A DNA stretch of 64,000 nucleotides from an uncultured virus (IMG/VR IMGVR_UViG_3300028591_000162) (IMGVR_UViG_3300028591_000162), one strand, 5' to 3'. Shown: positions 1-10,257, counted from the first letter of the stretch. A program made the numbers and translations. Notes: generated by a model not told the origin, from the letters alone.

Positions 1-118
1 TGGGTGGTACTTGCATCTACAGACTGAGCCACTAACTTTGTACGTAGAAAATGCTTCCCCCACCAGAGATACAGCAGGTATATAAGGAAAGAATATTTTT
101 TTTATTACAATCATGGCT

Positions 119-278
119 TAATAATTTAACATTCTGATAAGTTATTAAGATGACAACATATTATTATATAATCATAACAGCGTAGTAGATTATTAATGTA
201 TTAACCTAATAACATAATAGTGTAATAGTGTAATAATGTAACAACGTATTAACGTGTTAAGTTGTCAGTCTGTTATAT
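119..278 (+). repeat. Degenerate 8-bp tandem array (consensus ~TAWTAAYG), about 20 units; candidate parS/centromere
   Basis: In-phase units e.g. TATTAATG TATTAACC TAATAACA TAATAGTG TAATAGTG TAATAATG TAACAACG TATTAACG (191-254). Confidence 0.65.
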
Positions 279-690
279 TCTCAATATGACAGTATCTTGT
301 ATTACCATCAACAGCGTAACGAGAGCGTTTCACCGGGAACGGTCTCATTGCCTGTGTCCGAAACCGAGCTTTCTTTGAGAGAAGGGAAAAGAAAGGATTG
401 GCGCAGCCAGTGGGCGGTAGAGCCGTGTGCCGTCTTGTCATTGAATGAACGTCATGGAACTCTTGCCTGTATCGGGAGTGGGCTCGCAGATGTCGATGTC
501 GAAGACAGTCAGCGTCTGATAGCTACAGAGGGAGAGAAAGGCATGTGTTCCGTTCATCCGTCCGAAGCCGTGTTCAAGTGTACGGAGTGAAGTGGAATAT
601 AGGGAACGTAGCACAGTTCTCTTGAACATGAAAAGCGGAGGACTGGCAAGACAGCCACGGTGCAGGATGGCAGGGTGTCAAAGAATGATT

Positions 691-722
691 AAAAGGGAAC
701 ATCGCTTTTGATGTTCCCTTTA
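691..722 (-). terminator. Intrinsic terminator downstream of ssb (possibly bidirectional)
   Basis: Inverted repeat AAAAGGGAACATC/GATGTTCCCTTTT. Confidence 0.8.
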
Positions 723-740
723 TGTGAAAGCAGGTATTAG

Positions 741-1103
741 CTACTTGCTTTCTTCTTTTTCCACTGGCTCGTAAACCTTTGTTGCCGTGAAGACAATCTT
801 GTTGTGCTTCTTGGCTTCGCCTGTTTCAGTCTTCTGTTCCCATTCTTCAGGCTTCATGTAGCCTTCAACGGTAACGAGATTGCCCTTCTTCAGAAGATCA
901 AAGGCGTTGGTGTTGTCATTCTTGCTCCATACCTCGATGTTAAGGAGAGCTGACTTGCGATTTTCTTCCTCGCCGTTTTTCTCCTTGCGAGAAATTGAAA
1001 GAGGGAAACGAGCTACTGAATTGTTCTGGAACTTGCTTACCGTTGCTTCTAATGCGACGAAACCTGTAATTGCGAAAGTGTTTTCAAACTTTTTCATAAT
1101 CAT
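741..1103 (-). CDS. ssb: Single-stranded DNA-binding protein (OB fold)
   Basis: SSB-like motifs (ITGFV..., IEVW, LKKGNLVTVEGYM..EEW), acidic tail. Confidence 0.85.
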   Translation of the reverse strand: MIMKKFENTFAITGFVALEATVSKFQNNSVARFPLSISRKEKNGEEENRKSALLNIEVWSKNDNTNAFDLLKKGNLVTVEGYMKPEEWEQKTETGEAKKHNKIVFTATKVYEPVEKEESK

Positions 1104-1692
1104 TTTGTTTTAGATGTTGAACATTAATTTTTATATGCGTTTAAAACGGTAGATGAAGCGTATCAGGGTCAAGGAATTTAAGGACTTTTTTACATAATTG
1201 AAACGGTGCTGCGTGAAAATTTTTTGTGCAGCGGAAAATTTTTATAAAAAAGTTCGGAAATAGTATTGCGGTACTTGCCAGATAGGTGACTGCCGTAACT
1301 TTGCATGGAAAAATGATGTGGCATCGCCCAAAACAACAATGGAAAAAGTTGCTTTGTCACTGACAACACAATGCAGGTGTATGGTTCGCAGTGCATACGG
1401 TTTGTTCCACAGAATATATATTCAACAGTGTACCTTCTTTTTCCCAGCGAGGGAACGAGGAAAGTCCGCATTAGTCTGTCGTGTGGAGTGTAACAGAAGA
1501 GAGAATGACAGCCGACTTCCAAGCCTTCATCTGATTCAAGGCAGTCATACCCTTGACAGGCGAAGCCTAAATGTGGAAGAATACAGAAGAGACAACAGGC
1601 TGCAATGAAGCCGGTATGTCTGTCAACAAAAGTTGAGACGGCAGGGAAAAGATATGTAGGTGTTACGTTTTTGAACATTATCGAAGAACATT

Positions 1693-1724
1693 AAAAAAGC
1701 AGATGTCCGTATTCGGACACCTGC
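1693..1724 (-). terminator. Intrinsic terminator (minus strand)
   Basis: GCAGATGTCCG-TATT-CGGACACCTGC hairpin preceded by A6 (U6 on minus strand). Confidence 0.75.
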
Positions 1725-1773
1725 AATCGTTTACCCCCGAAATACATTTGCTTTCTCTATGTATTCTTTAATG

Positions 1774-1781
1774 CAAAGATA
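1774..1781 (-). promoter_or_regulatory. Bacteroidota -7 element (TATCTTTG) upstream of a short non-coding unit ending at the 1693 terminator
   Basis: CAAAGATA on + strand matches TAnnTTTG on - strand. Confidence 0.5.
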
Positions 1782-1846
1782 CAAAAAATAAATGAGATAT
1801 GCAAGAAAATGAGGGGAAATTTTAATAATATATTAATAAAATCTCC

Positions 1847-2260
1847 TTATTTTCTTAAATGCTCCCTTAAACTTTCAATTTCCTCAACTCTTGCAGCAAT
1901 GACTTCGTTTTTCGCAATGATGGTTTCGTTCTTCGCTTCCACCATTGCCTCAAGATTTTGTATTTTCTCCTTCAGCATGTCGTTCTCCATCATCAGGTTA
2001 GTGTTGATGTTGACATTACCGACGGTGTTGCCGTTGCCGGAAACGTTGGTACTTGCCATCTTGCTTCCCTGCCGGAAGTAGTCTAATGGCATGTGGAAAA
2101 AGTCTGCTATGATTTCAAGCTTTGACAGACTGATGTCCTTTGTTCTGGCAAAGTAAGCCATTGTCTGCTTGCTTCTCTTGAACAAAAGGGCTATCAGTTG
2201 CTTCTTCTGCTCGTCAGGCAGTCCATTGTAAAGGTTGTTTAATAATTCCAAGTTCAGCAT
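1847..2260 (-). CDS. Putative HTH (XRE-like) phage repressor with C-terminal coiled coil
   Basis: DISLSKLEIIADFFHMPLDYF resembles the XRE helix 4-5 signature; divergent from the lytic/replication genes. Confidence 0.7.
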   Translation of the reverse strand: MLNLELLNNLYNGLPDEQKKQLIALLFKRSKQTMAYFARTKDISLSKLEIIADFFHMPLDYFRQGSKMASTNVSGNGNTVGNVNINTNLMMENDMLKEKIQNLEAMVEAKNETIIAKNEVIAARVEEIESLREHLRK

Positions 2261-2326
2261 ATTATTGTTTCCTTAATAAAATGTGTTAAAACCACGTTAA
2301 AATGTGTTACATTTTGGGGTAAACTA

Positions 2327-2393
2327 TTGTTTATATGAAATGATATTCATAACTTTGCATACAGAAATATTTGTAAAACTGCATACAAAGGTA
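2327..2393. promoter_or_regulatory. Face-to-face promoters of the genetic switch (+ TAACTTTG 2350-2357; - TACCTTTG 2393-2386)
   Basis: Two Bacteroidota -7 elements on opposite strands; direct repeat TGCATACA present twice. Confidence 0.6.
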
Positions 2394-2453
2394 GTTTAAT
2401 ATATTGAGAAACTGATGTTTCTTTTGTATTATTTAACACAAAATTGTGATTGT

Positions 2454-2654
2454 ATGGAAGAAAACAAACTTATCACCACCTACAAGTCCCTGCCTCGGTC
2501 AGAGAAAGGGAGCTTTCTTGTTCATCTGTCGGTGCTGTGCGGCGGCAGTCCGACATCATGGACGAACAAGATGGCAGGAAGAACCAGACTAAACCTTTCT
2601 GTCGTTGAGAGAGCCGCCATCATGGATTTCATTGAAAATAAAAAATGGAAATAA
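2454..2654 (+). CDS. Small Cro-like protein
   Basis: 66 aa, divergent from repressor, first gene before the primase; start chosen at MEENK. Confidence 0.5.
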   Translation: MEENKLITTYKSLPRSEKGSFLVHLSVLCGGSPTSWTNKMAGRTRLNLSVVERAAIMDFIENKKWK

Positions 2655-2698
2655 AATGATGAGATAAACATTATTTTATAATTTTACCCCCCGAAAAC

Positions 2699-5600
2699 AT
2701 GATAAAGCCTATCTACATCGAAGCGGCAGTTGATATTGACTTGTCTAAGGTCGTTTCGGGCTTACACTCTGACAATATTATAAAAAAGGGAATACACCAT
2801 GCTTGCTGCTGCCCTTTTCATAAGGAAAAGACTCCTTCGTTCTACATTAACTCGCTGACCAACCGCTATCATTGCTTCGGTTGCGGCGAGTCCGGCGACA
2901 CCATCGAGTTCGTCATGAAATATACAGGGAAGGATTTTTCCGAAGCTGTCGTATATCTCCTTGAAAACTACAGGAAAGACATAGATATTTCTTCTATATA
3001 TGTTGAGAGGTCTTCCGAAGAGGAAGAGAAATATCGTGAGCGTGAAACCATGTATATCTACAACAAGTATGCTTTTGAGTTTTTCCGTCAGGAGTATCTT
3101 GCCGACAACGACGAAGCGTTACAGTGCCGCAGGTATGCAGAAAACACAAAGCTGTCCGATGACGGCAAGGTAGGCACTTCAGGGCGGTGGGATAAGGAAT
3201 ACTGTGCTTTTTTCGGGCTGGGCTACAGCCCCCGGACAGGAAACAAACTGGTGCAGTATGCCGTCAAGAAGGGACTTCGCCTTGACATCCTTGAAAAAAT
3301 CGGGCTTATAGTTCGGAAAGATGATGGTGCGGATAGCGAAAGCCCATCATCGTACTACGATTTCTTCCGTGGTCGCCTGATGATTCCACAGCGAGACAAG
3401 GCAGGTCGCATAGTCACTTTCACTGCAAGGCTGCTGAATTGCAAGAAAGGTGATGCGAAATATCTGAATACAAAGGACTCTGCCATATACAGCAAGTCAG
3501 AAACGATATTCGGAATAGACGTAGCCCTGAAAGCGGCAAAGGCGGCAGGAAAGATATACCTGTGCGAGGGTGCCCCGGATGTCATGCGCCTACAGTCAAT
3601 AGGAATAGCCAATGCCATTGCTTCGCTCGGCGGCTCCTGGTGCAAGAAACAGTTTGACCAACTGGCATCTTTCAACCCGACACTGTGTTTCATCCCTGAC
3701 TCTGATCCTCCGAAAGAAGGGGAGAGACTGGGACCCGGCTACAAGTTCGTGATGAAGAACGGACGGCTCGCAACGGAACTCGGATTCAAGGTGAATGTCC
3801 GTGAGATTCCGGCAGGGGAAGGTGTGAAAGAAGACGTTGATTCCTTTGTCACCAATGAAAAAAGGTGGTCGGAACTTGTAGAGAAGGACTTCATTCTCTG
3901 GTATGCTGAACATACCTACGACGAGACAGCGACACGAGACGAACAGCTGCAATGTATAGATGACATCTGCGATATTCTCGTTCTTGTCAAGGATGAGAAG
4001 CTTCAGAAGTCCTTGCTTGCCGACCTTAAAGACAGGTACAAGCAGCCTAAGATATGGCAGGCTGGCTTGACAGACTCCGCTCACCGTCTTCAGGACAAGA
4101 AAAGGGAAAAGGCACAGAAGACTTCGGGCGATGACCTGCTGAAATATCGTTTTTACCGTGCAGACAAGCACTATTACGGCATCGACGGACAAGGACACGA
4201 ACAACAATGGACGAATTTCATCCTCAAACCTCTCTTCCTCATCAGCAACAATGAAAAGCCAAGCCGTATCTTCGAGCTTGAAAACGAAGAGGGCGAGAAA
4301 GTCACCGTCGAGCTGCGTCAGGCAGACGTGACGAACCTTAACCAGTTCAAGGAGAAAATAGAAGGGAAGGGAAATTATCGCTTCCGCATGAAAGCAGAGC
4401 AGTACGAGGACTTAAAGGCATACATGTATGACAAGACGGAACTTGCGGTGCGTGTCAATCAAATGGGATGGAACATGATAGCGGAAGACGGATTCTTTGC
4501 ATTCTCCAACGGCATAGTATATAACGGCAAATGGTGCGAGGTTGACGAATACGGCATAGTAAGGCTTAAAAACGTCAACGTATTTCTACCTGCCTTTTCA
4601 AAGATTTACAAGCAGAACCGCCGTTCATTCGCCAACGAAAGACGTTTCATCCACAACCCTCTCAGGCGCATTACCGCCGAAGAGTATTTTGGAAAGCTCA
4701 TAGAGGTGTATGGCAGCAATGCCGTGGTTGGAATAGCGTACTACCTCGCAACAATATTCCGTGACATCATCTTTTCCTCAACACACTCCTTCCCTCTCCT
4801 GTTCGTGTACGGTAAGAAGGGAACAGGTAAGACGGAGCTTTGCATATCCCTGACAAGGCTGTTTCAAGAAGACGATATTTCCTCTCTCGCTTCCACCACC
4901 CTGTATGCAATGGGTGAGAAGCTTGCGCAGGTTTCCAACGGTCTTGTGTATTTCGACGAATACAAGAACTCACTGAGCAAGGAACGTATAGACATCCTGA
5001 AAGGTATCTATAATTCGACAGGACGAAATAAAAGGTCAAACGATGGAGAGTCACGAGAACAGACATCCGTTGACTGCGGCGTGGTCATCACTGGTCAGGA
5101 GATTCCGACAGCGGACATAGCCCTCTTTGAAAGGACGATATTCCTTGAAGCAATGACATCGGAACGTACCAACGAAGATACAGACAGATTCCATGAATTA
5201 CTGGAGCTTCGCCGGAGCGGCGTAACAAGCATCACCGTTGACATGATGAAGTACCGTGAGAGGTTTTCCGCAGTATGGGAAAAATCGTGGCGTAAGGCAT
5301 TGCATGACATCAAGGATAAGATTGAATATAACACCGTGTCAGAGCGTCTGTATAATAACTGGGCTGTCCTGTATGCCACAGTGCTTTGCATGGAGTCCCT
5401 GAATGACAGTCTCTTGCCTTTTACCTCTGAGGAATTTTTTGAATTGAGCATAAAATTACTGGAGTATCAGGCATCGAAGTCCCATTCCACCGACGAACTG
5501 GCATTGTTCTGGTCAACGTTTGCCAAAGCTCGCCTTGCAGGTGAGATCTTTGAGAAACAGGACTACAAGATTGAGACTGTCACCAAGCCGCTGTCCGTCA

Positions 5601-6079
5601 CGGTTGACCGCAAGAACATCAAGATTCCTGTTCCTGCAAGCGGCAAGAGGGTACTCTATATCCGTGCTGACTACTGCATCGGCAAGGTAAACATCCAGTC
5701 GAAAAAGGAAGGCAGGGAAATGATACCGCAGGAAACGCTTCTTTCCTACCTTATGTCTTCCTCTGAATACCTCGGCAAGAAAACGTCACCGCTGAAGTTC
5801 AGCGTGATAGGCAAGGACGGCTTGCCAGTCCGTCAGCCTTTCTTTGAGGATGGTGTCATCAAGAGATATGATATTCTCTATGACCAAGAGCGTCCGTTAG
5901 TCTTCGACTATGATGCCCTTTGCGAGAACAGGGAAATAGACTTCCATCGCAGCACGCAGTCCTTCGATCCTTCAGAAGTGAATGAGGATGCGGATGTCTT
6001 CTCTTCCCAGACCGCAAATGAGAGTGTAACGCAACAGCAGCTTGAATTTGAACCAACCGAAGAAGTAGCACCTTTTTGA
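2699..6079 (+). CDS. DNA primase (CHC2 Zn finger + Toprim) fused to a C-terminal P-loop helicase-like domain
   Basis: CCPFHKEKTPSF..HCFGCG; FRGRLMIP; KYLNT; CEGAPD; DSD; Walker A GKKGTGKT, Walker B VYFDE. Confidence 0.9.
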   Translation: MIKPIYIEAAVDIDLSKVVSGLHSDNIIKKGIHHACCCPFHKEKTPSFYINSLTNRYHCFGCGESGDTIEFVMKYTGKDFSEAVVYLLENYRKDIDISSIYVERSSEEEEKYRERETMYIYNKYAFEFFRQEYLADNDEALQCRRYAENTKLSDDGKVGTSGRWDKEYCAFFGLGYSPRTGNKLVQYAVKKGLRLDILEKIGLIVRKDDGADSESPSSYYDFFRGRLMIPQRDKAGRIVTFTARLLNCKKGDAKYLNTKDSAIYSKSETIFGIDVALKAAKAAGKIYLCEGAPDVMRLQSIGIANAIASLGGSWCKKQFDQLASFNPTLCFIPDSDPPKEGERLGPGYKFVMKNGRLATELGFKVNVREIPAGEGVKEDVDSFVTNEKRWSELVEKDFILWYAEHTYDETATRDEQLQCIDDICDILVLVKDEKLQKSLLADLKDRYKQPKIWQAGLTDSAHRLQDKKREKAQKTSGDDLLKYRFYRADKHYYGIDGQGHEQQWTNFILKPLFLISNNEKPSRIFELENEEGEKVTVELRQADVTNLNQFKEKIEGKGNYRFRMKAEQYEDLKAYMYDKTELAVRVNQMGWNMIAEDGFFAFSNGIVYNGKWCEVDEYGIVRLKNVNVFLPAFSKIYKQNRRSFANERRFIHNPLRRITAEEYFGKLIEVYGSNAVVGIAYYLATIFRDIIFSSTHSFPLLFVYGKKGTGKTELCISLTRLFQEDDISSLASTTLYAMGEKLAQVSNGLVYFDEYKNSLSKERIDILKGIYNSTGRNKRSNDGESREQTSVDCGVVITGQEIPTADIALFERTIFLEAMTSERTNEDTDRFHELLELRRSGVTSITVDMMKYRERFSAVWEKSWRKALHDIKDKIEYNTVSERLYNNWAVLYATVLCMESLNDSLLPFTSEEFFELSIKLLEYQASKSHSTDELALFWSTFAKARLAGEIFEKQDYKIETVTKPLSVTVDRKNIKIPVPASGKRVLYIRADYCIGKVNIQSKKEGREMIPQETLLSYLMSSSEYLGKKTSPLKFSVIGKDGLPVRQPFFEDGVIKRYDILYDQERPLVFDYDALCENREIDFHRSTQSFDPSEVNEDADVFSSQTANESVTQQQLEFEPTEEVAPF

Positions 6080-6105
6080 AATACATGATTCACATCTAAA
6101 ACAAA

Positions 6106-6837
6106 ATGATTATGACAGACAATAGAAGAACACTGATTATCACAAGAGTAAAGAACGGTTTTCTCTATAAGGCACGGCTCCAGGAAGAGCCGGAGATTAT
6201 GATGGATTCAAACGATGCTTCCTTCTATACCGCAATAGGAGAAAAGTTATTCGGCTCTGCCTACAAGAGTATGAAGGTCGGGAATACCTACCAGATGATG
6301 GCAGACTACCAAAACCTTTCTCAGTCAGCAGGAAGGGAGGAAAAAATTGTAAAGGAAAACGAAGAAAAGGTAAGCGAAAGCACGCCGCATGACTTTTACG
6401 AACAGACAGCATCAGCCATGAGAAAGCTGTTTTTCCTCAACAATCCACCAGATTGCTTCCTTATATCCACCGGCAGTACACCCTTGCATCTGGACTATTA
6501 CCTATTCCTCGGTGATGCAGCGGTATATGTCGCAGACATGCTCGAAATGGAATATTCCATTTCCGACAAGTCAAAAGAAAGCCCCTCTCAGAACAGTGTT
6601 TGCTACCTGAAGATTTCGGCAACCAAATATAACAACATGCGACTGTCCTTGCTCGGATGCCGTATCATACGTTTTGATGCCAACACTCTTGCCAATATCG
6701 ACAACCAGTATAACCAGAGACTCACGAAAATCAGGGAAGAGCTGCAATCCATCAACAGAAAGGAGATTGCCATGCAGAAGCAGCGTGAGGAAGAGAAAGA
6801 CAAGTCTTCCTCTTCAAAAGGAAAGAAGGGGAAATAG
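6106..6837 (+). CDS. Hypothetical protein
   Basis: 243-aa ORF directly after the primase. Confidence 0.65.
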   Translation: MIMTDNRRTLIITRVKNGFLYKARLQEEPEIMMDSNDASFYTAIGEKLFGSAYKSMKVGNTYQMMADYQNLSQSAGREEKIVKENEEKVSESTPHDFYEQTASAMRKLFFLNNPPDCFLISTGSTPLHLDYYLFLGDAAVYVADMLEMEYSISDKSKESPSQNSVCYLKISATKYNNMRLSLLGCRIIRFDANTLANIDNQYNQRLTKIREELQSINRKEIAMQKQREEEKDKSSSSKGKKGK

Positions 6838-6951
6838 TATCAAAATATTGTGTAAAAATTATATTATTTTAATATTTCATATTTCTCCTTCCCTCAATGC
6901 TCTGGATAATATTAACGTCCTGAGAGTCATAGCGACGGTAATATTTCAACA

Positions 6952-6991
6952 AGAATATAGTTTAATAAGTTATTATACTATTACATTAATA
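6952..6991 (-). repeat. Short inverted copy of the 8-bp array upstream of the parA promoter (candidate operator)
   Basis: Minus-strand units TATTAATG TAATAGTA TAATAACT TATTAAAC; promoter TAACTTTG at 7075-7082. Confidence 0.55.
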
Positions 6992-7108
6992 AATATAACT
7001 GTAGAATATAGTTAAAATGTATTAAATAGCATCACTTTTCCTCAATATTTTGAGGTAGTTTCGGAGTTTTTTAGTAACTTTGCAATATGAATAAATAAAG
7101 AGAATAAA

Positions 7109-7921
7109 ATGAAAAAAGCGAAGATTATAGCAGTAGCCAACCACAAGGGAGGCGTAGGCAAGACTACTACAGTAGCCTGTATAGGCAGCATCCTTTCTGA
7201 AAGAGGGAAGTCGGTGTTATTGATAGACCTTGACGGTCAGGCGAACTTGACGTATTCATTTATTGAGCAAAGTCCCACATCAACGATAGCGGATGTTCTT
7301 CTCGGTAGCAAGGATATGAAAGTCCCGGTTGTGAACATAGAGAAAAACCTTGATATTATTCCTTCGGATATAGAATTGGCTTATGCGGAAATGCAGCTGA
7401 TAAGCAAAATATCAAGGGAAAGAATACTGGCTAATATTCTCGAAAGGCAGTCCGACGGTATTTCTCTGGTTGAAAAGTATGACTATATTCTTATTGACTG
7501 TCCTCCTTCCCTCGGTATTCTCACTCTCAATGCCCTTACTGCGGCAGACGAGGTAATAATCCCGGTAGTGGCAGAGATACTGCCCATCAAGGGTTTGGAG
7601 AGGATAAAAGAGGCAATAGAAGAGGTAAGGGAATCCATAAATTCCTCTCTGGAAATAAAAGGAATATTACTGACCAGATGGGAACCGACCAAGCACGCAA
7701 AGGAAATAGAGTCCGGGCTACGTGAGGCGATGCCGTCAATGGTATTCCTCCAGAAAATCCGCAAGAACATCCGTATTGCCGAAGCTCCTGCTGAAAGCAA
7801 GAATGTCATCAAGACAGCCCCCAGTTCTCACGGGGCCATAGACTATCAGCTATTTGTAAATGAACTGACACCCGGACTGTTCAATAAGAGGGAAATAGAG
7901 AAACTAAGAAAAATGAGATAA
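7109..7921 (+). CDS. parA: ParA/Soj family partition ATPase
   Basis: Deviant Walker A KGGVGKTT, IDLDGQANLT, DYILIDCPPSLG. Confidence 0.95.
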   Translation: MKKAKIIAVANHKGGVGKTTTVACIGSILSERGKSVLLIDLDGQANLTYSFIEQSPTSTIADVLLGSKDMKVPVVNIEKNLDIIPSDIELAYAEMQLISKISRERILANILERQSDGISLVEKYDYILIDCPPSLGILTLNALTAADEVIIPVVAEILPIKGLERIKEAIEEVRESINSSLEIKGILLTRWEPTKHAKEIESGLREAMPSMVFLQKIRKNIRIAEAPAESKNVIKTAPSSHGAIDYQLFVNELTPGLFNKREIEKLRKMR

Positions 7922-7922
7922 T

Positions 7923-8261
7923 ATGAGCGAAAAGAAGAAAAATAATAAAATGTCTGCCCTGATAGGTTCTCTGACTCAAAAGGTTTCTCCTGAAGCCGAA
8001 GAGTCTGAGGCAAGGGTGATACAGACATCTAAAAATGAAGAAAGGCAAAAGAAGTCTATCCTCAGTGCCAGTATAAGAAAAGATCTTTTTGAGAAAGCGA
8101 AAGCCCTCTCCATCAAATACAGCATTTCGACTTCTGCTATCATAGAAGATGCGTTGACACTGTATCTGGATGAATTTGAACAGGAATATGGGGTTATTGA
8201 GGTTGGAAAAATAAAGAAAAATATTCTACCAAAAATCAAGGGAAAACCCTCTGAAAAATAG
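7923..8261 (+). CDS. Putative ribbon-helix-helix centromere-binding protein (type Ib ParB/ParG-like)
   Basis: Small gene coupled to parA; SILSASIRKDLFEKAKALS..STSAIIEDALTLYL fits a beta-alpha-alpha pattern. Confidence 0.65.
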   Translation: MSEKKKNNKMSALIGSLTQKVSPEAEESEARVIQTSKNEERQKKSILSASIRKDLFEKAKALSIKYSISTSAIIEDALTLYLDEFEQEYGVIEVGKIKKNILPKIKGKPSEK

Positions 8262-8344
8262 GGAAATCCCTTTGCATATCTCGCTAAAAATGAGTACCTT
8301 AGAGGTAGAAATAAAGGATATAAACAACTTTAAATTTTACCATT

Positions 8345-8440
8345 ATGATTATTACGATTTTATTAGTTTATTTCGGCTTTAAGTTCGTAGGAGCTGTTAC
8401 AAAAGCTACATTCTCTGGTTCTTATTACAGGGACAGGTAA
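8345..8440 (+). CDS. Small hydrophobic peptide (31 aa)
   Basis: MIITILLVYFGFKFVGAVTK...; AT-rich leader; below the ORF-track cutoff. Confidence 0.35.
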   Translation: MIITILLVYFGFKFVGAVTKATFSGSYYRDR

Positions 8441-8518
8441 AGGCTTGAATTGTTCAGGCGAGTAATTAACGAAAAAACAAAGAAGACTAATTGTTAAATT
8501 CTTAAAACCATAAAGATT

Positions 8519-9235
8519 ATGAAAAAGATATTTATTGCCCTGCTGTCAGTAATTTGTGTAACCATGTCAGCGCAGAAAAGCACAACGGTTGAAGAACCTG
8601 AGTTCTTCAATACCTACCATATCCTTGTCTCTGATACGACGATGATGCCCCTTCCCAAAGAAAAGGGAGAAATCGGAAAGCACCAGAACAAAGTTTCCAA
8701 ATGGTCATCTATCGTAAGAAAAGCATCCACCGCCGCAGGTGCATTAGGAGCAATAGGTGCAGTTACAGGTAAGATTCCCGGCACAACAGGATTGAAAGCT
8801 ATTCGAGCTGCTTCCTCTGTGGATGCCGCCGCAGGTGTAGCCAACACTCTTGCCGGACAAAAAGGAATGGATGTTATCTTCAAGGGAGCCCATTCGCCGT
8901 ATGTGGTAAAGAAAAATGCCATGAGGGACATTTGTATTATCGCCACTCTTTATAGTAATGACATAAACCCTATGGATTATTATAGGATTGTCAAACTCAA
9001 TACCAGTAAAAAGGAGCGCAGAATCCAAATACGTGAAATAGAGACTTCTCTCTTAGGTTCTTCCAAAGAGCAGGGATATTTGCCATTTGAAGCGCACAGG
9101 GAAAGTAAGACGGCTTGCATGATAACAATACAGGGGGAAGACGTGGAGCCAGGCGAGTATGCAATACTGGCGTTTGGTGGTTCTCTCGGAACAGCAGGAA
9201 TGTTTTCTGTTGCAACATTCAGTGTAGAAAATTAA
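8519..9235 (+). CDS. Exported protein with signal peptide
   Basis: MKKIFIALLSVICVTMSA signal peptide; Gly/Ala-rich segment. Confidence 0.7.
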   Translation: MKKIFIALLSVICVTMSAQKSTTVEEPEFFNTYHILVSDTTMMPLPKEKGEIGKHQNKVSKWSSIVRKASTAAGALGAIGAVTGKIPGTTGLKAIRAASSVDAAAGVANTLAGQKGMDVIFKGAHSPYVVKKNAMRDICIIATLYSNDINPMDYYRIVKLNTSKKERRIQIREIETSLLGSSKEQGYLPFEAHRESKTACMITIQGEDVEPGEYAILAFGGSLGTAGMFSVATFSVEN

Positions 9236-9248
9236 AAACAGAAAGAAT

Positions 9249-9620
9249 ATGACGAGAAAAAAGATGGAAATAATTTCCCTTGTCTCTGCGGTGGTTCTAT
9301 TTGCCACAATACAGGGGTTTCTTATAACGATGGCTATAACGTACTCAACTCGTCCGTTGACATCGACACTATTGTTTCTGGCTTTGTTCTCTCCTATATA
9401 TTACAATCTTGCAAAGACATTCCGTTTCCTTCCTTATCAATGGAGGGTATTCCAAGTGCAGAAATTCAATGAGACAAAGTATGTAGTACAGCAGAAAACT
9501 CTCTTTGGAACATGGAAGGATGTAACTGACAAGAAGACCGGCACAGAGAAACTATTTTCTCACGAAGAAGCACAGAAATACATAAAAGAAAACAAAGAGT
9601 ATTGGTATAAGGAGGTTTAA
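9249..9620 (+). CDS. Membrane protein (2 TM)
   Basis: Two hydrophobic N-terminal segments. Confidence 0.6.
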   Translation: MTRKKMEIISLVSAVVLFATIQGFLITMAITYSTRPLTSTLLFLALFSPIYYNLAKTFRFLPYQWRVFQVQKFNETKYVVQQKTLFGTWKDVTDKKTGTEKLFSHEEAQKYIKENKEYWYKEV

Positions 9621-9621
9621 G

Positions 9622-10116
9622 ATGAACACAGAAAGTATAAATAGCACTATTATATCAAAAAACCTGATGCTCGGTGATTACGTCAACATAAACGATGAAT
9701 TTTGCCCACTCGTTGCAAAAGTGTCAGGCGTGGGAGGATGGACTACTGTAAACAATGAGACAGTACCAGCCATAGAGTATGTTATTCCCTCTTCTTCAAT
9801 AAGCGTAGTATGTGCCATCACCAAGGTAAGTCCAATATCTGTAAATGCTGATATTCTTGAAAAGAACGGCTTCAAGAGAGTGCCACAATCAGGCTGTACC
9901 AACCCTTATCATTGGCTGCTTGAAAAATACGAGGAAGAAGGCGATGGGTTGCTATATCGCATCACGGCGTATAGAACACCGTTTCGTGGAATGTATGTCA
10001 TCATCAACAATCATGCAGATTGTGAGACCATTAATTTTAGAAAACAGATTGAACACTTCCACGAATTGCAACATGCCTTCCGACTGTGCAGCATTCCTGT
10101 GTTAATACGACCGTAA
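9622..10116 (+). CDS. Phage hypothetical protein
   Basis: LMLGDYV...ILEKNGF...HELQHAFRLC pattern recalled from Bacteroidales phage proteins. Confidence 0.65.
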   Translation: MNTESINSTIISKNLMLGDYVNINDEFCPLVAKVSGVGGWTTVNNETVPAIEYVIPSSSISVVCAITKVSPISVNADILEKNGFKRVPQSGCTNPYHWLLEKYEEEGDGLLYRITAYRTPFRGMYVIINNHADCETINFRKQIEHFHELQHAFRLCSIPVLIRP

Positions 10117-10257
10117 GACAACGACATCACGCTAAAAGATAATTCTAAGGATGCTCCTATTGGTAACAAAGGAGGCTGTCAGCAGTTATAAAGTCACGAC
10201 GGTATTGCACATCCATAGGATTCATCCGTTTAACCAACGGAAAAAAACTGAGAAAAC

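Noticed and set aside
297..1678. ORFs 297-590, 1190-1678 and 1318-1608, and a possible oriT or single-strand origin around ssb
   Set aside because: No recognisable protein motifs, no relaxase, and no nick site I can identify; left as unexplained non-coding DNA
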